Both the position numbers and the translations under genes were made by a program. Source: Octopus vulgaris (Eukaryota). From it: DNA of 64,000 bases. The notes below the pieces were generated by a model. It saw only the letters and a list, made by a program, of their open reading frames with translations, was not told where the DNA came from and made no database searches. Below are positions 1 to 11,335 of the stretch, in pieces (position 1 is the stretch's first letter; every line of letters starts with the position of its first letter). The DNA lies in NCBI GenBank assembly GCA_951406725.2, contig OX597821.1, forward strand, positions 112,592,001 to 112,656,000, in the 5' to 3' direction.

Positions 1-305
1 ACTAGGGTCATAATTATGGCTGACAATTTCATATGACACCGGTAGAAAAAACTGCCGTTCAAACCGAAAAGATCCGCAAAGGAGGAATAGGCTCAATGGA
101 GCCGTCCTGTTCACTAAGAGTTTTACCTCACATCCATCCATTTAACGCTGAAGAAATTCGAAGACATTTCTTTGTTTCAACGAAAAAAACAAAACAAACA
201 AAAACGTCAACCTTTCTCGTAGGCATTTCCGAAGCTACTCACTAGAACTGCACTTTGCAAAATAGTTACGCAACACTCTAGTTTCACTTCAGTCTGTCTG
301 TGTGC

Positions 306-308
306 CAG

Positions 309-388
<80 letters not shown>

Positions 389-394
389 TTTCTC
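306..394. repeat. (TC)n microsatellite
   Basis: Direct reading. Confidence 0.95.
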
Positions 395-1326
395 TGGAAG
401 TCATTACACAAAATATCTACTTTTTTACTTCCTTCTTCTATAAATGTTACATTTATCTTCCTAGCCTCGTACCATTTCCATTAGGAAGAATAAGTATTTC
501 GAACCATTTTTTTCCATTTTATGTTTACAAATTTAATTTCAGCTAAATGCAATCTCTTTCAACTCCTTTTACCTCAATTAGCTTATGCCATTTGGTTGAT
601 AACGAGTGATTTTGCTAGTTTCTTCCAGAAGCCGCTTTTATATAATAAGGAACAGCAAATGTTATTAGAATTCCTACAATGGGCTTTTTTTTCCCTTTTC
701 CTTTCTTTCTTTTGTTCTTCTTATCATCGAATCACATCATCAATAGATGTTTCTCCATTTTTATTGCATTTTACCTTTTACTGTTTGAAACTCTGCCTAG
801 CTTTATACAAGAATGCTATGTCAATCAAAGTAAGAACTTTCTCTCTCAGATCGTTCCACGCCCGGTTAATATTCTAGCGATGCCATCTAAAAAGAAGTAC
901 ATTAGGAAAAATATCTTTCATCACCTGAAGAGCTTTCGAAAGGTATTTCTCTGTATCCTGCGTCTATCTGTTTGTGTTTTTTTTTATGTCTAAGTACTTA
1001 CATGTACATGCGCATGCGTATGTCGTTCTCAAATTCTGTGTGTGTGTGCAGGTGTAGATATGTCTGTGTTGGACCATATTAGTGTCTGTGATTTTAGTAA
1101 ACAATATAATGTCATGTTTTCAGAGATATTTTATGTACAGACATGTGTACAGTTGAATGGGAAACCATATTGTGTGAATGTCAATCTATAAATCCTTACA
1201 CCCCCCCACACACATATATATATATGCATATATGTATACATATATATACATATAAATATGTATGCATATATATGTATATATATATATGTATATATATATA
1301 TATAATATATACATATATATATATAC

Positions 1327-1358
<32 letters not shown>

Positions 1359-1413
1359 GTATATATATGTATATATATATATATACTTTATTTTAAGCAG
1401 CAGAAAATTCAAC

Positions 1414-1461
1414 AAAATCTGTTACTCTGAGTTTCTCGTTGCCGTTCATCAGACAGTTTTT
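1414..1461 (-). ncRNA. Minimal hammerhead ribozyme in the 3' pLTR (sense to the ORF)
   Basis: Exact reverse complement of 4261-4308 (aaaatctgttactctgagtttctcgttgccgttcatcagacagttttt). Confidence 0.8.
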
Positions 1462-2469
1462 GCTAGAATGGAACATATATATTAATTCAATCTATACTCT
1501 TACAAACGCTACACCTTTAAAAAGAAATGGACTTGTTTGATTGGCCCTTTAGAAAAAACGGTCAATCTTCGAGCGATAAACAAAAAGGTCAAAAATATAT
1601 GTATATATATATAAAAACTTATAAAAATTATAAAATCCGAGGAAAATACCGAGGAAAAAACCTGTTGCCGTTAATGAAGACAGTACAAATTAATGCATAG
1701 AAATTAAACCTGTTATAAATACTGCAATACATATTTATATTAAAATCCACATATATATATCAACATACACAAAAGGATGCGCGTAAACGCCATACATACA
1801 CATACAGACGTATGAATATGAATCTAAATTATACACATAAAAGCATGTGTACATATATTCACGCAAACCGTCTCGCACGCAAGCTAAAATTCATCTATGT
1901 AGCAATTCTCATATACTGAGCAAGGAGGGGGAACGAAAGAAAGGGAAAGAGAGAAAAAGGAACGGAGGAGGGGTGGGGGGAAAAAACTTGTAGCTATGTT
2001 ATTTGGCATCTATAGAGGCCTGTATACATACACAAGTTTGAATTGATACATATACATACCGTCGTGTATATGTGTGCTTAAGCACAAGCATACTTTCACT
2101 CACACATACACAGATACGCATGCTTACAAATACATATGCTTTGCTATACACAAACTTATATAAACATTCTAAATTTGACAACATTGCTTTTTTTTATAAA
2201 AAAACATTGCTTTTAAAAAATGGGTGCATTAATAAAAATATATACGAAAGACCTATAAAATAAAATATAACATCCTATTTTGGGTCATTTATAAATAATC
2301 AAGGTAATATAAATAATCAAGGTAATCTTATGCAATACAATAACATGAAAACAAAGTTTGTAGGTTTTTCCTAATATATATGTAGAAACAATAAGACTTT
2401 GCTATAGGTCCGTTGTAGCTCTCAAGAGTCAAAATCAAAATCAAAAAATCAAAATACAAAATATATACT

Positions 2470-3822
2470 CTATCCATATGGTATATTTATATTCGACATT
2501 TTAAATTTAGCCTTGTGCCTACATAAGTTCATTAATTCACTTCTTTGATTCAAAGAATTATTGTCTTTGAATAATATATGCATTTTTTCTAATAAGCAAA
2601 GCCTGCACTTGAAATTATATTTGTAAGCTCCATGCCTGTATGGTGCCGCCCTGTCCAGAATGCTCCATGTCACGTTGAAAGGTGGGGCTTCCTTTTCTTT
2701 TAGTTCCCAGACATATTTTGCTAGGCTGGTTTTCTTTCTATTCTCTGGGTATTTAAAAGAATTCTTATGAGAATAAAATCTTGTTTTAAATGAATTTTCT
2801 GAAGCCCCTGTGTATGTCTTGTATTCCGATGAGCCTTCCACTTGCACCTTGGCTCTATAAACCACTCCTTTCACTAGACATTTCCCTTCTAACGGACAGG
2901 AGCTTTCGTTTTTGCAATTACATTTCTTAATGGGCTCGGCACCATGTCTAATCTCAATTAGCTTCCTATTATGTTGGCTAATGTAAGAGGCGAAATTTCT
3001 GCAACAAGAATAGCTAACCTTCAGGGTTCTTCTATTAAATATTCTGTAGAATTTATGACCCTGCCTAAAATGCTTAGAGACTAATCTCAAAAATTCCTTA
3101 CCTATATTAGTCTTTACGGCCAAATTGAAAGCCGGGTTGAACCACAAAACTTTCCTAGTCCTAGTTCTTCGTGCAGCATTATTATTAGCATTAAGCTGGT
3201 TGAACTGGATCTTCTCCGAGAATCCACTATTCTTTAATGCGCTATCGTAATAAGGTGCAGCATTATGGAATGCTGCCTCGTCCGAAGAAATTGAAGATAT
3301 TCTTCTACCTACATTGCTGACTAAGTTGCTAAGGATAACCGGTGGATGGTTCGAATCTTTGCTAATATACGATAGCTTTTCATTGGGCTTACGGAAAGGT
3401 TTAAATCTATCCGATCTTACATTAAAATTTACGTCTAAAAAGTCTACACTATTCAGGTTACTATCTATCGTAATCCGTAAGCCCATCCTTTGAAAGAAAG
3501 CTATAAGGTCCTTCCTAAGTCTATCTGATTCATGGCCGTTTAGATTATGCGTGGCTATAAGGCCGTCATCCCTATATAGACCTGCATCTATAAATGGGAA
3601 TTCTATTTTTAGATTATGGAGAATAAAGGCTCCTATGAGCATACATAATTCAGCCCCGTCGTATGCCCCCATCGGTACATCGAAAAGAGAATCCTCAGTC
3701 TTCTTAATCCAGGTGGAATCCTCGAAAAACAGAAGCGATTTCCTCGCATGCATAATAATTTCAATTTCCGAGCTATCGATGTTGACATACTGCTTGGCGA
3801 AGTCCAATGCCCTTAGGAGCAA
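2470..3822 (-). CDS. PLE polyprotein, C-terminal portion: reverse transcriptase core/thumb, linker and GIY-YIG endonuclease (N-terminus missing)
   Basis: RT motifs PMGAYDGAELC, GLYRDDGL (catalytic YxDD) and VDFLDVNF; linker RKVLWFNPAFN..VKTNIGKEFL; CNCKNESSCPLEGKCL; GVVYRAKV...YTGASENSFKTRFYSH (GIY-YIG); terminal CRLCLLEK..LNQRSEL..CRH. The frame stays open up to the inversion junction at ~3838 (..SISRTLL), so the listed start is not a true initiator. Confidence 0.92.
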   Translation of the reverse strand: MLLRALDFAKQYVNIDSSEIEIIMHARKSLLFFEDSTWIKKTEDSLFDVPMGAYDGAELCMLIGAFILHNLKIEFPFIDAGLYRDDGLIATHNLNGHESDRLRKDLIAFFQRMGLRITIDSNLNSVDFLDVNFNVRSDRFKPFRKPNEKLSYISKDSNHPPVILSNLVSNVGRRISSISSDEAAFHNAAPYYDSALKNSGFSEKIQFNQLNANNNAARRTRTRKVLWFNPAFNLAVKTNIGKEFLRLVSKHFRQGHKFYRIFNRRTLKVSYSCCRNFASYISQHNRKLIEIRHGAEPIKKCNCKNESSCPLEGKCLVKGVVYRAKVQVEGSSEYKTYTGASENSFKTRFYSHKNSFKYPENRKKTSLAKYVWELKEKEAPPFNVTWSILDRAAPYRHGAYKYNFKCRLCLLEKMHILFKDNNSLNQRSELMNLCRHKAKFKMSNINIPYG

Positions 3823-4260
3823 CGTCCTAGATATCGACGTTTAATTTCTATGCATTAATTTGTACTGTCTTCATTAACGGCAACAGGTTTTTTCCTCGGT
3901 ATTTTCCTCGGATTTTATTATTTTTATAAGTTTTTATATATATATACATATATTTTTGACCTTTTTGTTTATCGCTCGAAGATTGACCGTTTTTTCTAAA
4001 GGGCCAATCGACAGGTTTAATTTCTATGCATTAATTTGTACTGTCTTCATTAACGGCAACAGGTTTTTTCCTCGGTATTTTCCTCGGATTTTATAATTTT
4101 TATATTTTTATATATATATACATATATTTTTGACCTTTTTGTTTATCGCTCGAAGATTGACCGTTTTTTCTAAAGGGCCAATCAAACAAGTCCATTTCTT
4201 TTTAAAGGTGTAGCGTTTGTAAGAGTATAGATTGAATTAATATATATGTTCCATTCTAGC

Positions 4261-4308
4261 AAAAACTGTCTGATGAACGGCAACGAGAAACTCAGAGTAA
4301 CAGATTTT
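4261..4308 (+). ncRNA. Minimal type I hammerhead ribozyme in the inverted pLTR
   Basis: aaaaaCTGT-CTGATGA-aCG(gcaa)CGa-GAAA-CTC(a)GAG-TA-ACAGatttt: intact CUGAUGA and GAAA core, GUA cleavage triplet (cut after 4299), stem I CUGU/ACAG extended by AAAA/UUUU, palindromic stem III. Confidence 0.8.
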
Positions 4309-4406
4309 GTTGAATTTTCTGCTGCTTAAAATAAAGCATATTACTCTACCACTGGTATTTGAGTACTCTTTTTTCCACCTTGTTTCACATTTATGTGTTT
4401 ACTCCG

Positions 4407-4452
<46 letters not shown>

Positions 4453-4554
4453 ATATAGATAGATACATATATACATGCATACATGCATATATGTGTATAT
4501 ATTATATGCATGTAAGTATACGTGTGTGTGTAAGTGATTCATATTTGTATGCAC

Positions 4555-4611
<57 letters not shown>

Positions 4612-4675
4612 CTAATAGTGTTTTTATGTAATAATGCATTGTAGAGCACTTACGTTTGGCTGTATATGAATATAA

Positions 4676-4773
<98 letters not shown>

Positions 4774-4780
4774 GTGTGTG

Positions 4781-4837
<57 letters not shown>

Positions 4838-5204
4838 TATTTTAGGCATTTCGCCATCAGTATAGTTTGTTTTCACGATGGCTGCATATTCAATATCTCT
4901 CTGTATGTTTCAATCCCCCTTCTAGGCAAAAATTGAATGGTACTTGCTACAATACCATTTCTAAAAGGACCGAACTCATAGATATATTTATAAAGACACA
5001 TATCGTATGTGGAATTATTCGTTAAATATATTTACCAAATAATGGTATCGTAGTTGTTTAGCAATACCATATTTCCGAGACAGTTGTTGGTTGTTTTTGA
5101 AAATTGGTACTTGGTTTCAAATTTTGGTGCTCGCATATAAATTCTATCCGTTGGTTTGGTAACAGCGGTGCAGGGGGTGCAAGCGCTTCCCTTAATCTTT
5201 TATT

Positions 5205-5608
5205 GCTGGTGGTGGTTGCTGTTGCTGTTGCTGTTGCTGCTGTTGAGCGAACGGTCTTCGTCCCAGAGCTCGAAAGATGGGAGAAGTCCGAAACGTGGCC
5301 CTTTGCTATTCGTAAGACCCGCAGAAGAGAAAGCAGGTCAACCCCCGACACCGAGAGCATCGACGGATGGATGAATGCGCATCCAGGCTCAGCAGTTGCG
5401 TAGGAAATCGGGGACAAGAAATAGGAAGAAAGAATGAGAGAAAGTTGGAGCGAAAGAGTACAACAGGGATCGCCACCACCCCTACCGGAGCCTCGTGGCG
5501 CTTTAGATGTTTTCGCTCAATAAAGACACACAACGCCCAGTCTGGGAATCGAAACCGCGATCCTCCGACCGCGAGTCCGCTGCCCTAACCTTTGGGCCAT
5601 TGCGCCTT
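5205..5608 (-). mobile_element. tRNA-derived SINE (family E here) with a (CAG/CAA)n tail
   Basis: Minus-strand head ggcgcaatggcccaaaggttagggcagcggactcgcggtcggaggatcgcggtttcgattcccag has A/B-box spacing; GC-rich body; ends in caacagcagcaacag repeats. Confidence 0.75.
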
Positions 5609-5769
5609 CGCTAGTGGTGGTGGTGAGGCAATGAAAATGCTTTGAGCTTTCTCCTGAAAAAACTTCATCAGCAAAACGAACTATCACAGAAATAGTTTTG
5701 GACGGATTTGAAACGTTATATTTCGCTTATTGGATTTATCTGATTTAATGGATGTACATTATTATTATT

Positions 5770-5814
<45 letters not shown>

Positions 5815-5825
5815 TGCTGTTGTTG

Positions 5826-6172
5826 TGGTGTGAATTCGCATGGTTCAGTGGTTAGAAGCGTCGGGCTCACAATCATGAGGTAGTGAGTTCGATTCCCAGA
5901 CCTGGTTGTGTGCTGTGTTCTTGAACAAGACACTGTTTCATGTTGTTCCAGTTCACTCAGCTGTAGAAATCAGTTGCAACATCACTAGTGCCAAGCTGTA
6001 TCGGCCCCTCTGCTTTTCCCTTGGATAACATCAGTGGTGTGGAAAGGGGATGGCTAGTACGCATGGCTGACTGCTGGTCTTCCAGAAACAATCGGACTTG
6101 TACCTCGACGGAGAACATTCTAGGTACAATCCCATGGTCATTCATGACTGAAGAGGCGGGGATCTTTACCCT
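5826..6172 (+). mobile_element. tRNA-derived SINE (family C here)
   Basis: A box tggttcagtggtt and B box gttcgattccc; homologous copy on the minus strand at 26322-26658. Confidence 0.85.
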
Positions 6173-6193
6173 TTCTCACATTTCTATATTGAT

Positions 6194-6378
6194 GCAGCGA
6201 GATGCCAGAATCGTTAACACGCCGAGTAAAATGCTTGGCAGCATTTCGTCTGTCTTTACGTTCTGAGTTCAAACTCCACCGAGGTCGACTTTGCCTTTTT
6301 TTTCTTTTCAGGGTCGATTAAATAACTACCAGTCACGCACTGGGGTCGATGCAATCGACTTATACCCTCCCCACAAAA
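6194..6378 (+). mobile_element. Abundant tRNA-derived SINE (family A here)
   Basis: Shares ..cagaatcgtta..aaatgctt..ttctgagttcaaa..gaggtcgactttgcc..gggtcgat.. with more than 15 other copies in the window. Confidence 0.85.
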
Positions 6379-6384
6379 CGTCGT

Positions 6385-6682
6385 AATATCGACGATAGAT
6401 TAGAATGCTTAGCTAAAGGAGAATCTTTCATTACCTTAAAAGACCATAAACCTAATTTTTATAATGAACCTACTTATTGATTGTTAAACCCAGCGAGGTC
6501 TGAAATTGGGATAGTAACTAAAAAAGAAAATACTAAGAACCCTTAATAATAAAATTAGAAAGAACACTGGGCTTCGACGATGGAATGATAGTTTAATTGT
6601 AATAGATTGGTTCAAGAACATTAAAAATAAGAATATGGCTAGATTTACTCACTTTGAAATTGTAGGTTTTTATCTCTTCATA
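6385..6682 (+). pseudogene. Degraded Naiad/Penelope RT N-terminal fragment
   Basis: Translates [39 protein letters not shown]..(frameshift)..KILRTLNNKIRKNTGLRRWNDSLIVIDWFKNIKNKNMARFTHFEIVGFYLFI, matching the FITLKDHK / LINPxKSExG / FDIxxFYPSI motifs of PLE RTs. Confidence 0.8.
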
Positions 6683-7092
6683 CCAGTTGACCATGTCCCT
6701 TGGTGGCTGACGATATGTGCATCTCTGATCACGAGCAGAAGTAGTGAGGGAGCATCATAGCCATGTATGAGAGGGATTCTTGGAGGTTTGGATAATTCAC
6801 CTCTGGAAACATGGGTGCTTGGTTCAACATCCTTAGCCCTTATTCAGAGACCTTTTGAGCGGGATGGGTTACTTGAGCTGCAGAAAATTCTAACTGGGCC
6901 TCACCTGCAAGGTCATGTGCTGTTTATCTTGATATGGGATCACCATGTCGCGTACATATCGTTGTGTTGCACATATGGCTGTGATGCCTGTGCCTAGTGT
7001 ACCCTTATTAGACGGGTAGTCATGATGTGTACACTGGGCTTCGTATATTTTACCCCATTGTCACTTTGCTGGCACGCACTGCTCTCTCACTC
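6683..7092 (+). mobile_element. Non-coding (TAA)n-tailed interspersed element ('element X'), 5'-truncated
   Basis: Homologous to 46165-46642, 48579-49132, 57631-57900 and 59362-59669; ends ctctctcactc followed by (AAT)n. Confidence 0.85.
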
Positions 7093-7125
7093 AATAATAA
7101 TAATAATAATAATGATAATAATAAC

Positions 7126-7160
<35 letters not shown>

Positions 7161-7168
7161 TGATAATG

Positions 7169-7227
<59 letters not shown>

Positions 7228-7280
7228 GATAATAATAGGCCTAGCGGCTCTAAAGATAAGTCAATATATAACCCCCTCTA

Positions 7281-7495
7281 AGGCGGCGAGCTGGCAGTAA
7301 GTCGGGCGAAATGTTTAGCGCTATTTCGTCTGTCTTTACGTTCTGAGTTCAAATTCCGTCTACCAAATCTACTCACAAAGCTTTGGTCGGCCCGAGGCTA
7401 TAGTAGGAAACACTTGCCCAAGGTGCCACCGACTGGGACTGAACCCGGAACCATGTGGCTCGCAAGCAATCTTCTTACCACACAGTCACTCCTGC
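7281..7495. mobile_element. Fused fragments: SINE A 5' part (+) and SINE B 5' part (-)
   Basis: ggcggcgagctggcag..gagttcaaattccg is joined to the reverse complement of gcaggagtg..gggttcagtccc..gggccgaccaaagc..tttggtagacgg; the junction shares ttccg. Confidence 0.75.
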
Positions 7496-7534
7496 AGATA
7501 TATAAAACTTCATTTAGAAACTTCCTACAGGTTC

Positions 7535-8689
7535 TTTCTCAACTCTTCTTCCCCCTTCTTCTTCTTCTTCTTCTTCTTCTTCTTCTTCTTCTTCTTCTTC
7601 TTCTTCTTCTTCTTCTTCTTCTTTCCCTTCTTCTTCCCCTTCTTCTTTCCCTTCTTCTTCCCCTTCTTCTTCTTTTTCTTCTTCTCCTTCTCCTCCTCCT
7701 CTTTCTTCTTTTTCTTTTTCTTTTTCTTCTTCTTCTTCTTCTTCTTCTTCTTCTTCTTTTTCTTCTCCTTCTTCTTCTCCTTCTCCTCCTCTTCCTCCTC
7801 CTTCTTCTTTTTCTTTTTCTTCTTCTTCTTCTTCTTTTACTTCTTCTTCTTTTTCTTCTTCTTCTTTTTCTTCTTCTTCTTCTTCTCCTTCTCCTCCTCT
7901 TCGTCCTCCTTCTTCTTTTTCTTTTTCTTCTTCAGCCATTTTTCTTCTTCTTCTTCTTCGTTTTCTTCTTCTTCGTTTTCTTCTTCTTCCCCTTCTTCTT
8001 CTTCTTTTTCTTCTTCTTCTTCTTCTTCTCCTTCTCCTCCTCTTCCTCCTCCTTCTTCTTTTTCTTCTTCTTCTTCTCCTCCTCCTCCTCCTCCTCCTTC
8101 TTTTTCTTTTTTCTTCTTTTTCTTTTTCTTTTTCTTTTTCTTTTTCTTCTTCTTCTTCTTCTTCTCCTTCTCCTCCTCCTCCTCCTCCTCTTTCTTCTTT
8201 TTCTTTTTCTTCTTCTCCTTCTCCTCCTCTTCCTCCTCCTTCTTTTTCTTTTTCTTCTTCTTCTTCTTCTTCTTTTTCTTCTTCTTCTTTTTCTTCTTCT
8301 TCTTCCCCTTCTTCTTCTTTCCCTTCTTCTTCCCCTTCTTCTTCTTTTTCTTCTTCTTCTTCTTCTCCTCCTCCTCCTCCTCCTTCTTTTTCTTTTTCTT
8401 CTTCTTCTTCTTTTTCTTCTTCTTCTTCTTCTCCTTCTCCTCCTCCTCCTCCTCCTCCTCTTTCTTCTTTTTTCTTTTTCTTCTTCTTCTTTTTCTTCTT
8501 CTTCTTCTTCTCCTTCCCCTCCTCTTCCTCCTCCTTCTTCTTTTTCTTTTTCTTCTTCTTCTTCTTTTTCTTTTTCTTCTTCTTCTTCTTCTTCTTCTTC
8601 TTCTTCTTCTTCTTCTTCTTCTTCTTCTTCTTCTTCTTTCTATCTTCTACCGTCTTTATTTTTATTGTATTTTGTTCTCTTCTATGTAT

Positions 8690-8724
<35 letters not shown>

Positions 8725-8735
8725 CTCTCTCTCTC
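7535..8735. repeat. ~1.2-kb polypyrimidine (CTT/CCT/TTT)n tract
   Basis: Almost exclusively C/T on the plus strand, with recurring higher-order blocks (cttctttttctt, ctccttctcctcctcct). Confidence 0.95.
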
Positions 8736-8824
8736 TCAACACTCGTACTTCTACTTCTTCCTCGTCCATTCTTCGCCATCTCTCTCCTAGCTTCCCTTTC
8801 TTACCATAGTGTTTTCCCCTCTTA

Positions 8825-9650
8825 TAATAATAATCATCAGCATCGTCGTCATCATCATCAGCATCGTCGTCATCATCATCATCATCATCATTACCATCAG
8901 CTGCAGTAGCAACGGTAGCAGCAACAGCAGCAGCTACACCGCCACCACAACCGCCGCAACCAGGACCACCACCACCATCACAAACAAGCCACCACCACCA
9001 CCGCCACAATCAGCAAAACCACCGCTACCAGAACCAACACCGCCACCACAACCATCACCCCCACAACCACCAGAACCACCACCACAACCACTACCCACAT
9101 CGGTGCCACCACTACGTTCAGCTGAACCACCGCTACCAAAACTAACACCGCTACTATAACCATCACCACCACCACCACCACCATCACTATCACCACCCCG
9201 CCCCTACCACACCACAACCACCCCACCACCACAACCATCACCACCACCACCACCACCACTCCCATCATCACCACCACTACTACCATCACCACCACTATCA
9301 CCACCCCACCCCCACCACACCACACCACAACCACCACCACCACCACAACCACCACCTCCACCACCACCACCACTACCATCACCACCACTACCACCACCAC
9401 CCACCACCCCAACCATCACCACCATCACCAGTACCATCACCACTACCACCACCAACACCACTACCATCACCACCACAACCACCACCACCACTACCCCCAC
9501 TACCCCCACCACCACCACAACCATCACCACCACCACCACCACCACCACCACCACCACCACCACCACCACTACCATCACCACAACACCACCGCAACCGCCC
9601 CACCACTACCACCACCACCACACCACAACATACCACCACCATCACCATGT
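8825..9650. repeat. Compound (CAT)/(CAG)/(CAC)n low-complexity tract
   Basis: Direct reading. Confidence 0.9.
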
Positions 9651-10504
9651 TTTTGTTATTTCTCCACTCTTCACTCACCTGTACTTATATAGTTTTTGTC
9701 GTCTTCCATTTTGTTTTCTCACCTACTTCGTTTTTTTTTGTTCTATTCACAATTTTGTTGAGATTTTTTTCGTTGTTTTCCCTTTCTTTTTCTTATTTCC
9801 TCTAGTTTTCTTCTTTCTCGTCCTTTTTTTTGGGGATTTGTCTTTCTTTTCGTCTCCTTACGTTGACTTTCTCTTCTCGTGTTACACATTCAATTCTATA
9901 TATATAAACGTGTGTATGTGTGTGTGTATGTTTGTCTGTATGTGTGTGTGTAAGAGAGAGAGAGAGAGAGAGTCTGTGTGTGTGTGTGCTTTGTTTTATC
10001 TGATCTTTTATTTTTAACCATCATCATTATCATCATCATCATCATCATCATCGTCATCACCACCACCACCACCACCACCAGCAGCAACACTTTCCAACGC
10101 CACCATCATCAATAATATAGTATCATCGTCGTCGTCGTTGTCGTCGTCACCATCATCATCATCAACACAACCACCAGCACCACCACCACCAGCACCACCA
10201 GCACCACCACCATCACTACGACCACTACCACCATCTTCATCCTAGTTTCTCTCTTCGTCATAATCATCATCATCGTCACCATCATGACAGTCCACTTCAT
10301 TTGCGAGATACAGTAATTGTTGCTATTTAATAATGGCGACTGACAAGATTTTCGTCAAAAAATTCCTGAAGACATAAGCTGCGATGCTTAAATGTCGCAC
10401 AGAACTGGGAAGAATTCTGTCTAGGGAAGAGATTTTTAAAAATGTGATTATTGCATCAAAATTCAAACCAAACGCGCGCAAAATAGGAAAACAACCCTCA
10501 GAGA

Positions 10505-10920
10505 CGCAGAAGTGGCTGTGGTATCTTACTTACCAACCACATAGCTCCGGGTTCAGTCTCACTGCGTGGCACCTTGGGCAAGTGCCTTCTACTATGGCCT
10601 AGGGCGGAACAAAGCCTTGTGAGTGGATTCGGTAGACAGAAACAGAAACTGAAAGGGGCTCGTCGTATGTATATATATATATGCATGTATGTGTGTGAGT
10701 GTTTGTGTGTGTGTATGTGTCTATGTTTGTCCCTACACCATCGCTTGACAACCGATGCTGGTGTGTTTACGTCAGTTCGGCAAAAGACACCGATGGATTG
10801 GTAACTAGGCTTACAAAGAATAAGTCCTGGGGGTCGATTTGTTCGACTCAAGGCAATGCTCCAGCATGGCCACAGTCAAAATGACTGAAAAAAGTAAAAG
10901 AATAAAAGAATAAAAGAATG
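10505..10920 (+). mobile_element. tRNA-derived SINE (family B here), full length, with internal TA/TG microsatellite
   Basis: Head gcagaagtggctgtggta..gggttcagtc; body cttgggcaagtg..aaagccttgtgagtggatt; tail ccagcatggccacagtcaaaatgactgaa followed by (taaaaga)n. Copies at 47730-48140 and 58650-58963. Confidence 0.88.
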
Positions 10921-10939
10921 CAAAAAGGAATTGTTCACG

Positions 10940-11335
10940 CTGTCCGAAAGATGCTAAACATTTTGTCTAGAAGTCTAGAGTTCAAATGCTGCTAAGATCG
11001 ACTCAGCCTCTCATTCTTTCGGGGGTCGATGAAATAAATACCAGTTGCATACCTGGGTCGATGCAATCAATTTACTCCCTACCCCTTCAAACTTTCAAGG
11101 TTTGTACCTATAACAAAAAGGATTATTGTGCTTTCAAAGGCGGCGAACTGGCGGAATCGTTAAGTACGTCGGACAAAATGCATTTTATCTATTTTTTTTA
11201 CATTTCTTCTGTCTTTTTCTGTTCTGAGTTCAAATGCAACCAAGGTCGACTGTTCCTCTCATCCTTTCAGGGTCGATGAAATAAGCACTAGTTGGGTACG
11301 TACCTGGGGTCGATGCAAAATTTGAAACCATTATT
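10940..11335 (+). mobile_element. Two tandem SINE A copies
   Basis: Two iterations of gagttcaaat..g(g/a)tcgact..ctttc.gggtcgatgaaataa; second head ggcggcgaactggcggaatcgtta at ~11139. Confidence 0.75.

Larger units (their letters stand above)
1386..4409 (-). mobile_element. Penelope-like retroelement (Naiad-type), 5'-truncated, with inverted pseudo-LTR, inserted in (TA)n
   Basis: RT+GIY-YIG ORF at 3822-2470, followed by a ~1.08-kb 3' region ending at 1386 against (TA)n. 4011-4336 is the near-perfect reverse complement of 1386-1713, 3839-4009 is an extra partial copy, and a tail at 4337-4409 runs into (TA)n. An inverted pLTR at the 5' truncation is a known PLE architecture. Confidence 0.93.

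Noticed and set aside
1714-2469. SECIS element or selenoprotein in the intact Naiad
   Set aside because: No in-frame TGA in the retained ORF (stop is TAG), and the AUGA-containing hairpin near 2250-2292 lacks the 3' GA of the SECIS quartet. The missing 5' part cannot be judged.
4835-4870. Minus-strand CTGATGG-C-GAAA next to (TA)n
   Set aside because: A9 is missing, there is no stem II and stem I pairing is unconvincing.
5058-5417. 119-aa minus-strand ORF as a host exon
   Set aside because: Lies in the body and tail of a tRNA-headed SINE; no recognisable protein motif.
6476-6482. In-frame TGA in the RT fragment as selenocysteine
   Set aside because: Aligns to Arg of the CRLINP motif; explained by CGA-to-TGA CpG decay.
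7414-8790. 458-aa and 421-aa ORFs (poly-L/F/S and poly-K/E/R)
   Set aside because: Translations of a (CTT)n tract that cannot contain stop codons; no domain content.
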